In this document: piece after piece, positions 20,722 through 29,027 of the stretch
Position numbering within the stretch: the first letter of the stretch is position 1
Layout of the letters: the number at the start of each line of letters is the position of its first letter
Origin: a virus
Virus record (IMG/VR): IMGVR_UViG_3300045988_020191
Span: 1 to 42,639 of that record
Direction: 5' to 3' (one strand)
DNA length: 42,639 bases
Notes under the pieces: model-generated
The model's input: the letters and a program-made list of their open reading frames with translations, nothing else
Told to the model about the DNA's origin: nothing
Databases searched by the model: none
Position numbers and translations under genes: made by a program

Positions 20722-21279
20722 ATGACCGTTCAGGAACTCATTCAGAAGTACAACATCACCCTGCAGACCAAGTTGACCGACAAGGGCTGGGAGCTTACCG
20801 GCATGCTGGCGATCCGCGAGGTAGCAGCCTGCAAGCGCGATGGGAAATTAGACGAGATTAAAGCTAAAAAGTCCGATATCCTTGCCGTCCTGATGGAGGA
20901 GCGCAAGGCTGAGAAAAGCGCCCGCACCGAGCGCGAGGCGAAGATCAACGCTATCCCCGGCCTGCGTGAGATTAAGGCCGCGCAGGAAGACATGAAGCGC
21001 TGGCGCGAGGAATTTACCGCAAGCTTTGAGAGTGAGGCTGGCGGCAGCGTTGGCGTCCGCACCAAGCCCAAGTACGATATGGCCGGTCTCTATGCCAAGT
21101 ATCCCCGCGCGAAGGCATACCTCGAGGCGAGCGACTACTCCAACGCAGAACACTACGTCAAGGCCGCCGCCGGGAAGAAAGCGCTGGAAGCCATCATCAA
21201 CGGTGAGGACTACGAGCAGGCCATCAATGCCATGAAGGCCGAATGGGCTGAATACACGGCGGAGCATATGTGGGGTTAA
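20722..21279 (+). CDS. hypothetical protein (185 aa)
   Basis: ATG at 20722 after AAAGGAGGAG (MTVQELIQKYNITL...). Confidence 0.65.
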   Translation: MTVQELIQKYNITLQTKLTDKGWELTGMLAIREVAACKRDGKLDEIKAKKSDILAVLMEERKAEKSARTEREAKINAIPGLREIKAAQEDMKRWREEFTASFESEAGGSVGVRTKPKYDMAGLYAKYPRAKAYLEASDYSNAEHYVKAAAGKKALEAIINGEDYEQAINAMKAEWAEYTAEHMWG

Positions 21280-21282
21280 ATT

Positions 21283-21564
21283 ATGAGACGAAAATACAGC
21301 GACTGCCAGCGGGCGGACGGTGACTGCACCGTCTGCTCTCTGGTCAACTACGGACGCGACTGCCACAACCGCGCGATATCAAAAATAGAATGGTCGCGCC
21401 GCATGGCAGACATGACGCAGACCGAGCTGGCCCAAAAGTCCGGCGTCAATATCCGCCAGATCCAGCGCGTGGAACTGGGGGAGGCCGAGGCGGCCAATCT
21501 GACCGCCAAAAACCTGATTGCCATTGCCGACGTGCTCGGCGTGAATCCAAAAGACCTTATATAA
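21283..21564 (+). CDS. XRE-family HTH protein with N-terminal Cys cluster (93 aa)
   Basis: ORF track. The N-terminus has CQRADGDCTVCSLVNYGRDCH, followed by MTQTELAQKSGVNIRQIQRVELGE. Confidence 0.7.
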   Translation: MRRKYSDCQRADGDCTVCSLVNYGRDCHNRAISKIEWSRRMADMTQTELAQKSGVNIRQIQRVELGEAEAANLTAKNLIAIADVLGVNPKDLI

Positions 21565-21571
21565 ACACGAA

Positions 21572-21603
21572 AAGAGAGCGCCGATTAACCTCGGTGCTCT
21601 CTT
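21572..21603. terminator. convergent (bidirectional) terminator hairpin
   Basis: 12-bp stem AAGAGAGCGCCG (21572-21583) / CGGTGCTCTCTT (21592-21603) with one G-U pair. The U-run is better on the minus strand (UUUUCGUGUUU). Confidence 0.7.
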
Positions 21604-21830
21604 TGTCCGTCTGCTATTTTTTGGTATGCCCGCCTGCGACAGCGGTTGACTGCCTCCGGAGACAGGTGCAGTGCCTCGCACACTTGCGCGTAGCTCTTGC
21701 GCCGCACGTCGCACTCAATGATGCACGCCGCCTCGTCAGGCGGTAGCTCAAAAGATAAGATATATTCGACGGCTCGCCGTGGAGCCATCGCGGATAACTC
21801 CGCCCGGATACGCTTGTGCTGACCGTCCAT
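21585..21830 (-). CDS. small sigma-70 region-4-like HTH protein (81 aa)
   Basis: ATG at 21830 (MDGQHKRIRAEL...). The segment PPDEAACIIECDVRRKSYAQVCEALHLSPEAVNRCRRRAYQKI is region-4-like. The start is uncertain because the SD is weak. Confidence 0.45.
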   Translation of the reverse strand: MDGQHKRIRAELSAMAPRRAVEYILSFELPPDEAACIIECDVRRKSYAQVCEALHLSPEAVNRCRRRAYQKIADGQREHRG

Positions 21831-21907
21831 GCCCCGTGTAGGACGTTGCAGAGCGCTTGCGCGTGGCTTTCGCCGTCCGCTCCTTCCTGTGCCCGAATCG
21901 GGCACCG

Positions 21908-22516
21908 TTATTTTGTCGCTCTCTGGATCATCGCCACGGCTTCCTGCCGCGTGATAAGCCGCTGTGGCGCGCTGCCGTCCGTGATGCCCGCCGCTTTGGC
22001 CGCCGCCCAGTCCTTTGCCGCCCACGAAGAGACGGGCTTTGTGCCGAGCTGTGCCAAATAGCTGTCTATCATCTTGTTAAACGTTGCCTGATCCATGTAC
22101 TCCTCCATTTCCGGCGGGTAGTGCCCCGTCAAGATCGAACTGCCTCCGTATCTCCCGTGATCGTCCCACTGGAAGTGCGGCTTGTCCGGGAATTTCTTCC
22201 AGTCCCCGCCCCACGAAAAGCCGACCTGCTTGCCGATCTGCCCGCAGCGGGCGAAGAACGACGCATCGTCGTACTCGTGTCCCTTGACGTTTTTGCAGAT
22301 GTCGAACGCCAGTCCCGCCTTGACGGAGTGGAACGTCGGGCGCGTCGCGGTCTTTGCCGCGTAGCCCATGCGCGCAAGATAGCGTTGATACTCGTCGTCT
22401 CGTACTGTCTCGGTCACAAGCACCGGCAAGCCCGCCTCCTTGCAGAGGTCGAGGAAGATGACGCAGTTTGCCCGCACGTCCGCCCGCAGGTCGGCAATGT
22501 CCCTACTGTGATACAT
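21908..22516 (-). CDS. endolysin: M15-family (VanY-like) peptidase with C-terminal SLH-like segment
   Basis: 202 aa. The catalytic region reads LVTETVRDDEYQ...HSVKAGLAFDI...GGDW...DKPHFQW. The C-terminus reads GITDGSAPQRLITRQEAVAMI. Confidence 0.75.
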   Translation of the reverse strand: MYHSRDIADLRADVRANCVIFLDLCKEAGLPVLVTETVRDDEYQRYLARMGYAAKTATRPTFHSVKAGLAFDICKNVKGHEYDDASFFARCGQIGKQVGFSWGGDWKKFPDKPHFQWDDHGRYGGSSILTGHYPPEMEEYMDQATFNKMIDSYLAQLGTKPVSSWAAKDWAAAKAAGITDGSAPQRLITRQEAVAMIQRATK

Positions 22517-22727
22517 CGCCGTGCTCCTTTTTGTAATTGGCGCTAGACACGCCGATGAGCGCGCCGATAAACAGTGCCACGGCGCTTATGGTGGTCGTGA
22601 CCTGCTCTACATACCCCCAGCCCCAAACGCCCGCCAGCGCGGCGTACAGGCCAGAACACGCGGGCAGTACGATGAGCACGAGCCACTTGAGCACATCGTA
22701 CACCTTGTTACTCATTTCAAATTTCAT
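22503..22727 (-). CDS. holin (Dp-1-like family)
   Basis: ATG at 22727 after AAAGGAG. MKFEMSNKVYDVLKWLVLIVLPACSGLYAALAGVWGW. Two TM segments. Confidence 0.65.
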   Translation of the reverse strand: MKFEMSNKVYDVLKWLVLIVLPACSGLYAALAGVWGWGYVEQVTTTISAVALFIGALIGVSSANYKKEHGDVSQ

Positions 22728-22962
22728 TTTTCTTCTCCTTTCGTTTTCCAACGATAATTTCCACCAGTGTCAGAAGCCCGGTAAAGGCCTCAATGATGCC
22801 GCCCGTACCCAGCAGGTACGGGAAAATGTTGTCCCACTGCCACCCCTTGATGCTGTAAAAGATGACCGTGTAGATCACAAAAGCGGCGATGAAAATGCCA
22901 ACGATAATCAAAATGATGTTCCTCGTTCGCAATTTTGACGCCTTTTTGATAAGGCGCTTCAT
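22717..22962 (-). CDS. second holin-like membrane protein (81 aa, 2-3 TM)
   Basis: ATG at 22962 (ATGA overlap with the xhlA-like stop). MKRLIKKASKLRTRNIILIIVGIFIAAFVIYTVIFY... Confidence 0.55.
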   Translation of the reverse strand: MKRLIKKASKLRTRNIILIIVGIFIAAFVIYTVIFYSIKGWQWDNIFPYLLGTGGIIEAFTGLLTLVEIIVGKRKEKKNEI

Positions 22963-23261
22963 CCGACCGCCCCACTCAGCAGCCACGCGATAAACGCGCC
23001 CGCCAGCGCCGCGAGAGCCTTGTCGACCAGCCCGTCCCACCGTTTCCCCGCCTTGCTCGTGATGGCCTTTACATCCTCTTTGATCTCTTTGACGTCGCCC
23101 TCGACGGTCTCTTGCTTGGTCGCCAGCACCTCGACCGAAGTTGCCAGCCTGTCAAGCGCCGTTTGGTGCTCCTGCAACTCGTTAATGCGGTGCGTGTTGC
23201 TCTTGCACCTCGATTCGATCAGTGCGATCGCCGCGTCGTCGTAGTGTTTTGCATTATCCAT
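22959..23261 (-). CDS. xhlA: XhlA-like hemolysin/lysis accessory protein
   Basis: 100 aa. Coiled coil plus a C-terminal TM segment (ALAALAGAFIAWLLSGAV). First gene of the lysis cassette. Confidence 0.55.
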   Translation of the reverse strand: MDNAKHYDDAAIALIESRCKSNTHRINELQEHQTALDRLATSVEVLATKQETVEGDVKEIKEDVKAITSKAGKRWDGLVDKALAALAGAFIAWLLSGAVG

Positions 23262-23285
23262 ATCCCACTCCCTTTCTGCGGCGTA

Positions 23286-24071
23286 TTACACCGCCTTAAA
23301 ATAATTCCCCACCAGCTCATGCGGCAAATACTGCAAGACGATCTTCCCGCCCGCGGCCTCTCCCGTGCGCTCGCAGAGGTACGTCTTGCCGTCCTCGCCG
23401 TCGAGGTAATACTTGCCGTATTCGTACTCCATACCGCGCGCTGCGGGAATGGGGTCTGCCTGCGTACCCGCGTGCTCGGCGTCAATGACCGCCCAGAGGG
23501 CCGGGGTCTTGTCCGGCGTCCAGTCGGCCTGCGAGGTGTGCGCCTGACGGCACTTGTGCACCTTACCGCCGTAGCTTCTGCGGTCACCCTCGGCGTAAGC
23601 CACGGGGTACGCCCATGCTGTGATGAGTTCCGGCACGCTTGCCGCCTCGCCGTCGCTCAGGCTGACCGCTGCCCGTTCGATAGTGGGGCGCAGCTTCACC
23701 GCGCGGGCGTATGTGACCGGCTCACCCGCAAGGGCGGTGACGGTCGCTTTGGCGCTTTCGGTTTCCGTGGGCTTGCCCATCTTGATACTGACCGTGCCGT
23801 CGCGGTGGTCGGTGATGTCGCCGCTGAGACTGTACTCGCTCATGTCGCGCTCGTGGTCAACGGTCTGCCCCGTGGGCATGCCGCTCTCGTCCAGCACGTC
23901 CTCGCGCTCGATGAGCGACCACGCCGCGCCGTTTGGCAGCAGGGCGGCGATGTCTGCCGCGCTGCCCTTGATTGTCACAGTGCAGGTGGAGCGTCCCCAC
24001 GCGCTGTCGCGGTAGTGTTCCGCCGCCTCGCACGGCGTTTCGGTGTTATTTGCTTTCAGAACAGTGCTCAT
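23286..24071 (-). CDS. tail-associated protein with C-terminal CBM5/12-like carbohydrate-binding motif
   Basis: ATG at 24071 after AAAGGAG. Contains YAEGDRRSYGGKVHKCRQAHTSQADWTPDKTPALW. Confidence 0.55.
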   Translation of the reverse strand: MSTVLKANNTETPCEAAEHYRDSAWGRSTCTVTIKGSAADIAALLPNGAAWSLIEREDVLDESGMPTGQTVDHERDMSEYSLSGDITDHRDGTVSIKMGKPTETESAKATVTALAGEPVTYARAVKLRPTIERAAVSLSDGEAASVPELITAWAYPVAYAEGDRRSYGGKVHKCRQAHTSQADWTPDKTPALWAVIDAEHAGTQADPIPAARGMEYEYGKYYLDGEDGKTYLCERTGEAAGGKIVLQYLPHELVGNYFKAV

Positions 24072-24084
24072 GTGTGCTCCTTTC

Positions 24085-24417
24085 TCATAGCGGCGTGGCG
24101 TTCTGCTGTAAGAACGCCAGCAGCTCGCCGGTTGGTTCTTCTTCAAAAATGATTGTTCGGTGTTCTCTATTCTCGAAACCTTTGGTTATTGTGTAAACAG
24201 ATACTCGCGCCAAATAAGGGTTACCGGAATTGACGAGGTACCACATTTGAGTCACCCCGTCTCTTTCATTTGCACTTATTTTGATCCCTACCCATGCTCT
24301 CCCTGCGGATTCAAAGTTCGCGCTGAATGTTTGGGGTTTCCCATAACTTATTCTGCTATAAAATTGCCACGTCAGCTGTCTCGGTTTCTTCTTCCGCCGT
24401 CTCATGTTCCAGATCAT
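24085..24417 (-). CDS. hypothetical protein (110 aa), AT-richer than flanks
   Basis: ORF track. Lies between the fibre gene and the CBM-like gene. Confidence 0.5.
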   Translation of the reverse strand: MIWNMRRRKKKPRQLTWQFYSRISYGKPQTFSANFESAGRAWVGIKISANERDGVTQMWYLVNSGNPYLARVSVYTITKGFENREHRTIIFEEEPTGELLAFLQQNATPL

Positions 24418-24429
24418 GTCCTTGCCCCC

Positions 24430-26331
24430 TTACCCGAGATAGTTGATGGGGTAAATCGTCACATAGACGTCAATGCTCACCGTCGGCACGGTGTCGGCGT
24501 AGAATGTCACGCTGTTCGCACCCTGCGCGACCATCTGAATGCTCGCCTCGTCGTAAGGATTGCCCGCCGCCGTGTTCACGGGCGTGGGGATCAGCAGCTG
24601 CTTTGTTGCGTCCGAGAGCACGCCGCTGCATGTCACCGTCTGCTGCTTGGTGCTGCTGTTCCAGCCCGAGGCGGTCAGCGTCACCTTGCGCGTGGTCGGC
24701 CGCAGCGCGTAGTCCGTGCCCGCCGTCGCCGCCGCCAGTCCTCCCGAGCCGTTGCCCTTGATGAGGGAGGTGGTGGCGGGGACGTTGACGGACGAGACAG
24801 TTACATCGCCCGTCTTGCCGTTGACCGATGTCACAGGGTAAGGTGGCGGATTCGCGGAAGAATACTGCCTCTCATTTGCAACATTGCCAAGACCGACGTC
24901 GCTCTTGCTTACGCTTTGCAATGCGCTGTCTGCCTTGCTGAGGCTCGCCTTGATGCCCGCTGATACGTCGTTGGTCGTCACGGTATCCTTAAAGGCCAGC
25001 CAGCCGAGGTCATTGAACCACTTGGCGATCTTGCCCATCAGGATCGCAAGTTTCGTGCCGGATTCCAGCGCCGTGCGCGTACTCGCGGGAGTGAATGTTA
25101 CCTTGATGTCGCTTCCGTTGACCTTCCCCGTCGCTTCCTGTGCGATCTCGTTGACGTCCGCCGCCGTGAAGTAGTCCACGCCCTTCACGGGCGTTTTCCC
25201 GTCTGCGCCCTTCGCACCGTCCTTGCCGGGAGCGCCGTCCGCGCCCTTCTCACCGGGTTCGCCCTTCTCACCGGGGGCACCGTCTTTCCCCGGGTCTCCT
25301 TTAAGCGCGCCGCTGTCCAACTTCTGCTGAAACGTTGTGCCGTCGGAAAATTTAACGTTGCCGGCGGGAACGTTGGAAAACGCGTCATCGACGTATTTGT
25401 AGATGTCCAACTGCTTGCCCTGCGGGTCATACACAGCCGCCAGCATATCTCCCGAGCCAGCACCGGCAGCGCCACGGCAATAGCCCGCATCATACGTTGT
25501 GCCATCGGAGAGGGACACAATCATGTGATAGTCTGTCTGCCGGATCGTGATGCCTGTGATAGTAGGCGCGTCTGCACCGGGATTGCCGCGCGGAATGCCA
25601 AACACAAGCTTAAATACGTTGTCGACAACGCTCTTGCTTACCGTCGCGTCGGAACCGCTTGCCAGCGTGACCGCCTCGACGATCATGTTGACGATGGAGT
25701 CTCTCGCCGCTTGTGCGTCGGTCTTTGCTGTTTCCGCGCCCGTCTTTGCGCTTTGTGCATTCAGCTCGTGCTCAAGGGCTTTTGCCGATTCCTGCCTTGC
25801 GCTGTCTGCGCTGGCGGACGCATCGAGCTTTGCGCGTTCTGCGTCTTCCCACGCCTTTTGCGCATCGATTTTTGCCTTTTGCGCATCGGTCTTTGCCGCC
25901 TCTGCCGCGTTCTGGGCGTTGGTGGCAGCGGTCTGTGCAGCCTTTGCCGCCGTTTCAGACTTTGCGGCATTGGTTGCCGCCGTTTGTGCGGCCTGTACCT
26001 TCTCATCAACGCCGGTCGCAGATGCAGCAGCCGCCGCCGCAGAAGATGCCGCCGCCTTTGCGGAAGCGTCAGCCGCAGCAACCTTGTTGTCAATGCCCTG
26101 TGCAGCGGCCTCTGCTCTGGTTGCGTCCTTCGCCGCCGCGTCAGCCGATGCCTTGGCGCTGTCGGCGTATTCCTTGACGCCCTGCACCTCTGCCGCAACA
26201 GAATCTTTGGCGTACTGCACGACCTGCGAGCCTTTCAGCTTTTTTGCTTCGCCGTTCTGCTGCAAGACAAACAGGTCTTCACCCGTGATCTGTAACGCTT
26301 GGGTAAGGTCGGAAATTGCTTTATCAGCCAT
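24430..26331 (-). CDS. tail fibre with Ala-rich coiled coil and collagen-like G-X-Y tract
   Basis: 633 aa. The G-X-Y tract GDPGKDGAPGEKGEPGEKGADGAPGKDGAKGADGK maps to about 25207-25299. A long A/K/T/Q-rich helical region is also present. Confidence 0.75.
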   Translation of the reverse strand: MADKAISDLTQALQITGEDLFVLQQNGEAKKLKGSQVVQYAKDSVAAEVQGVKEYADSAKASADAAAKDATRAEAAAQGIDNKVAAADASAKAAASSAAAAAASATGVDEKVQAAQTAATNAAKSETAAKAAQTAATNAQNAAEAAKTDAQKAKIDAQKAWEDAERAKLDASASADSARQESAKALEHELNAQSAKTGAETAKTDAQAARDSIVNMIVEAVTLASGSDATVSKSVVDNVFKLVFGIPRGNPGADAPTITGITIRQTDYHMIVSLSDGTTYDAGYCRGAAGAGSGDMLAAVYDPQGKQLDIYKYVDDAFSNVPAGNVKFSDGTTFQQKLDSGALKGDPGKDGAPGEKGEPGEKGADGAPGKDGAKGADGKTPVKGVDYFTAADVNEIAQEATGKVNGSDIKVTFTPASTRTALESGTKLAILMGKIAKWFNDLGWLAFKDTVTTNDVSAGIKASLSKADSALQSVSKSDVGLGNVANERQYSSANPPPYPVTSVNGKTGDVTVSSVNVPATTSLIKGNGSGGLAAATAGTDYALRPTTRKVTLTASGWNSSTKQQTVTCSGVLSDATKQLLIPTPVNTAAGNPYDEASIQMVAQGANSVTFYADTVPTVSIDVYVTIYPINYLG

Positions 26332-26533
26332 CGGTTACCTCGCTTTCCTTCTCGAGCTTCGTCTTGCCCTCTTTGGCGGGCGGCTCGTCCGGCTTGTCCA
26401 ACTCGGCAAAGGCGTTTTCAAGGTGCTGCATTGCCATTGCCACGCGCTTGGTGTCCGCGCCCTTGACATAGATTCCAGTAATCATGCTGTAAGCACCATC
26501 GATCTGCTTTCTGAGTTTTTCCTTATCCATCAA
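26324..26533 (-). CDS. hypothetical small protein (69 aa)
   Basis: ORF track. Lies between the two fibre genes. Confidence 0.5.
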   Translation of the reverse strand: MMDKEKLRKQIDGAYSMITGIYVKGADTKRVAMAMQHLENAFAELDKPDEPPAKEGKTKLEKESEVTDG

Positions 26534-26535
26534 AA

Positions 26536-27984
26536 TCAGCTCCTTTTCTCCAAGGCTTCCACTCTTTTCACAAGCTCCTGAATCATCAACGTGTTTAGGG
26601 GGATCAGGCTATCGTAGCGAATACCATAGGTGTACCCCGTAATGTTATGGTTTTCATCTCGAATAGGCATTTTGCACCAACCGGAAAACTCGGAAGCGGC
26701 AATGCCGTTGTCGGCAAGGCTTTGCTCCATATCCTGCGCAATCATACCGATATGGTATCGTCCGCTCTGCCCCTCGTTGTATTTAAAGCGGCAAGGCTTG
26801 AGGTCGAGCAGGAATTGACGATAACGGGACAAGTCATATTCGATACTGTTTTTTACGTTTTTGTCGGAGCTGTAAATGACTGTTCCGTCGGTTGCCCATA
26901 CAGTTGGGCCAATTTTGGCTGCATCATCGTCCAATTGGAGTCTTGTTCTATATGCACTCGTAATGTATACATTGCCGCCAGAATCGAGCTGAATCCCGCC
27001 GTCATACGTACTGATGCTGATTCCGTAGCCAGTAGTGGTATCTACCAGCTCGATAGTCCCGATTTCAGTTCTGCGGTTCGCCATAAGAGAGACTGTTCGC
27101 CCGCGCAACGTTTCAGCGGTGATAGATGTGCTATCGATATAGGTATCGATACGATCATCAACTTCACTTGAGCTCAGACCCGCGTTGTCGTTCACATACG
27201 TCTTAGTTGCGTATTTCGATCCATCTGCAAGGTCACCAACGTAAATGCTGCCCGTCTGGATTTGGCTTGCCTTGAGCGTGCCGTCAATGTTGACCGCATT
27301 GACGTGTAAATCAAGCGTCTTTGTGCTCAGTGTGGTGCTTCCTGCCTTGAGGGTAAACGTGCTGCCATCGCTGCCGCTGGACACGCTTAGCTCAATTTTG
27401 TCGATGCTCTGATTGATAAGGCTCTGTGCCGTACTGCCGTCAATTTTCCCGCTGACCTCAGATTGCACGTTGCCAAGGGACACGTGCAGGGACGATACGT
27501 CACCGCTGATGCCCTCCACGCGGAGGTTGATCTCTTCGCTGGTCTTGGTGATGAGCGACCGCGTTTGAGCGAGTTTCCGGTCAAACTCCTGCTTGATGTA
27601 GCCGCCAGACGGGTATTCGTCGTCCATCTCCAACTCGCCGGGGGAAGAAATGTCTGCGTACCCTCTCCCATCATCAGCGATGCGAGAGAGTGGAGAATAG
27701 ACCCCACCGACATTCACACCGTCGCCAAGCTCCGCGGCGGGGTCGATGTTAGCCGCGCCAGCTTCGTATGCCTGATATCGATACCCTTTCATTCGTTGTA
27801 GCAGGGCGTTTACCATCGCTTGTGTTGCATGAGGGCAGCTTGCAGTGATCTCCATGCCGGTATCATCGCCAGCGGTTAAACTCTTCTCATCGTCGAGCAA
27901 AAGCGTCACGCGGGAAATGGGCTTGTATTGGCCATTGTCGGAAAAGCTGGTCATGTCCTGACCAACAAAATACTTATCAGACAA
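26536..27984 (-). CDS. tail fibre/spike with C-terminal S74-type intramolecular chaperone domain
   Basis: 482 aa. The C-terminus SSDKNVKNSIEYDLS...RYHIGMIAQDMEQ...YDSLIPLNTLMIQEL is typical of the endosialidase chaperone domain. Confidence 0.7.
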   Translation of the reverse strand: MSDKYFVGQDMTSFSDNGQYKPISRVTLLLDDEKSLTAGDDTGMEITASCPHATQAMVNALLQRMKGYRYQAYEAGAANIDPAAELGDGVNVGGVYSPLSRIADDGRGYADISSPGELEMDDEYPSGGYIKQEFDRKLAQTRSLITKTSEEINLRVEGISGDVSSLHVSLGNVQSEVSGKIDGSTAQSLINQSIDKIELSVSSGSDGSTFTLKAGSTTLSTKTLDLHVNAVNIDGTLKASQIQTGSIYVGDLADGSKYATKTYVNDNAGLSSSEVDDRIDTYIDSTSITAETLRGRTVSLMANRRTEIGTIELVDTTTGYGISISTYDGGIQLDSGGNVYITSAYRTRLQLDDDAAKIGPTVWATDGTVIYSSDKNVKNSIEYDLSRYRQFLLDLKPCRFKYNEGQSGRYHIGMIAQDMEQSLADNGIAASEFSGWCKMPIRDENHNITGYTYGIRYDSLIPLNTLMIQELVKRVEALEKRS

Positions 27985-28654
27985 GGGTTCTCACCCCCCC
28001 GAATGTAATTGCATCGCCGTACTCGGTGATAAGGTAATTGGTTTCAGCAGGCATGGATAAAAGCGGGACAAGCAAAAGATCCCCTGCGTCTGTAATAATC
28101 CAGTTGCCGCCGTGTGCCGCAGCGATAAAGCAAAGCTCATTACGCACCGTGTAATCATTGGCGGGGTAGTCAATGGTATACGCGCTATTCAATGCAGTCC
28201 GCTTATCCAGCTTTACCCCCATCATTTGGCAAAACAGATTCACGGCAGTAGGCATAGGCATTGGGAACGTCAGAGAGTTAGACGGTTCCCATACAACGTC
28301 TGCTTTGCGCATTGCGTCGTATGCTTCGACTTCCCAATAATCCCCATCGCGAGAGCGCTTATTGGTAAAAAACACGCCCTTTGGAATCCATGCGGTCGCC
28401 TGAGTTCCATTTACCAGTCTGAGATAGCGCTTGATCGTCGCGGCGCGCGGGATATTGTCTGCAATGACTGCAAGTCTTAACGTCGCGCAACAGGCATTGC
28501 CAATCCCGAACTCCTCAAACAACTGCGATTCAACGGAGTGGGAAACCTCTGCGTCTTTTCCGTACTCTACGTCGTTGATGACAAATTTGAATTCGCGCTC
28601 CGTCCCTGGCTTGTGGAGCAAATCATGCCACAGCGCACTTGTTGTCTGCCCCAT
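27977..28654 (-). CDS. tail tip/baseplate protein (225 aa)
   Basis: ORF track. Assigned by its position downstream of the tape measure and distal tail genes. Confidence 0.5.
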   Translation of the reverse strand: MGQTTSALWHDLLHKPGTEREFKFVINDVEYGKDAEVSHSVESQLFEEFGIGNACCATLRLAVIADNIPRAATIKRYLRLVNGTQATAWIPKGVFFTNKRSRDGDYWEVEAYDAMRKADVVWEPSNSLTFPMPMPTAVNLFCQMMGVKLDKRTALNSAYTIDYPANDYTVRNELCFIAAAHGGNWIITDAGDLLLVPLLSMPAETNYLITEYGDAITFGGVRTLV

Positions 28655-28655
28655 G

Positions 28656-29015
28656 TTACACCTCGATCAAGTTAAACGTCGCGCCGCCCCACACCTCGTT
28701 ATCGTCTGCCGCTTCTTCAAGCGTGCATTCCATCGACGAGCAATAAAACGTGCTGGTTCTCACGCCATGCAGGTCGAGGTATTGCACGGTGCAGGTGGTC
28801 TTATTGAGATCATCGTCAAGCTTTGCCAGCACATCACGTTTGACAGAGCGTGTCGTATAGCTCAGCTTCCGTTTTGTGGTGATCTTGTCGCGCCGCATCT
28901 TGCCATCTTTGGTACGGGTGGTCTTGTCGCTGTCAAGGTCGTTTCTGCTCCACCCGTACCCTTTCGTTGCGATTGCGGACGAATAATCCGTGCCGTTGAT
29001 AATAAGGACTTCCAT
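28656..29015 (-). CDS. short distal-tail-like protein (119 aa)
   Basis: ORF track. Lies immediately downstream of the tape measure gene. The assignment is positional only. Confidence 0.4.
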   Translation of the reverse strand: MEVLIINGTDYSSAIATKGYGWSRNDLDSDKTTRTKDGKMRRDKITTKRKLSYTTRSVKRDVLAKLDDDLNKTTCTVQYLDLHGVRTSTFYCSSMECTLEEAADDNEVWGGATFNLIEV

Positions 29016-29027
29016 GTTTGCCCCTCC

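Noticed and set aside
25700-26200. The repetitive Ala/Lys/Thr/Gln-rich DNA of the tail-fibre gene as a DGR variable/template repeat pair
   Set aside because: No reverse transcriptase gene occurs anywhere in the genome, and no second near-identical copy with A-specific differences exists. The repetitiveness reflects a coiled-coil coding region.
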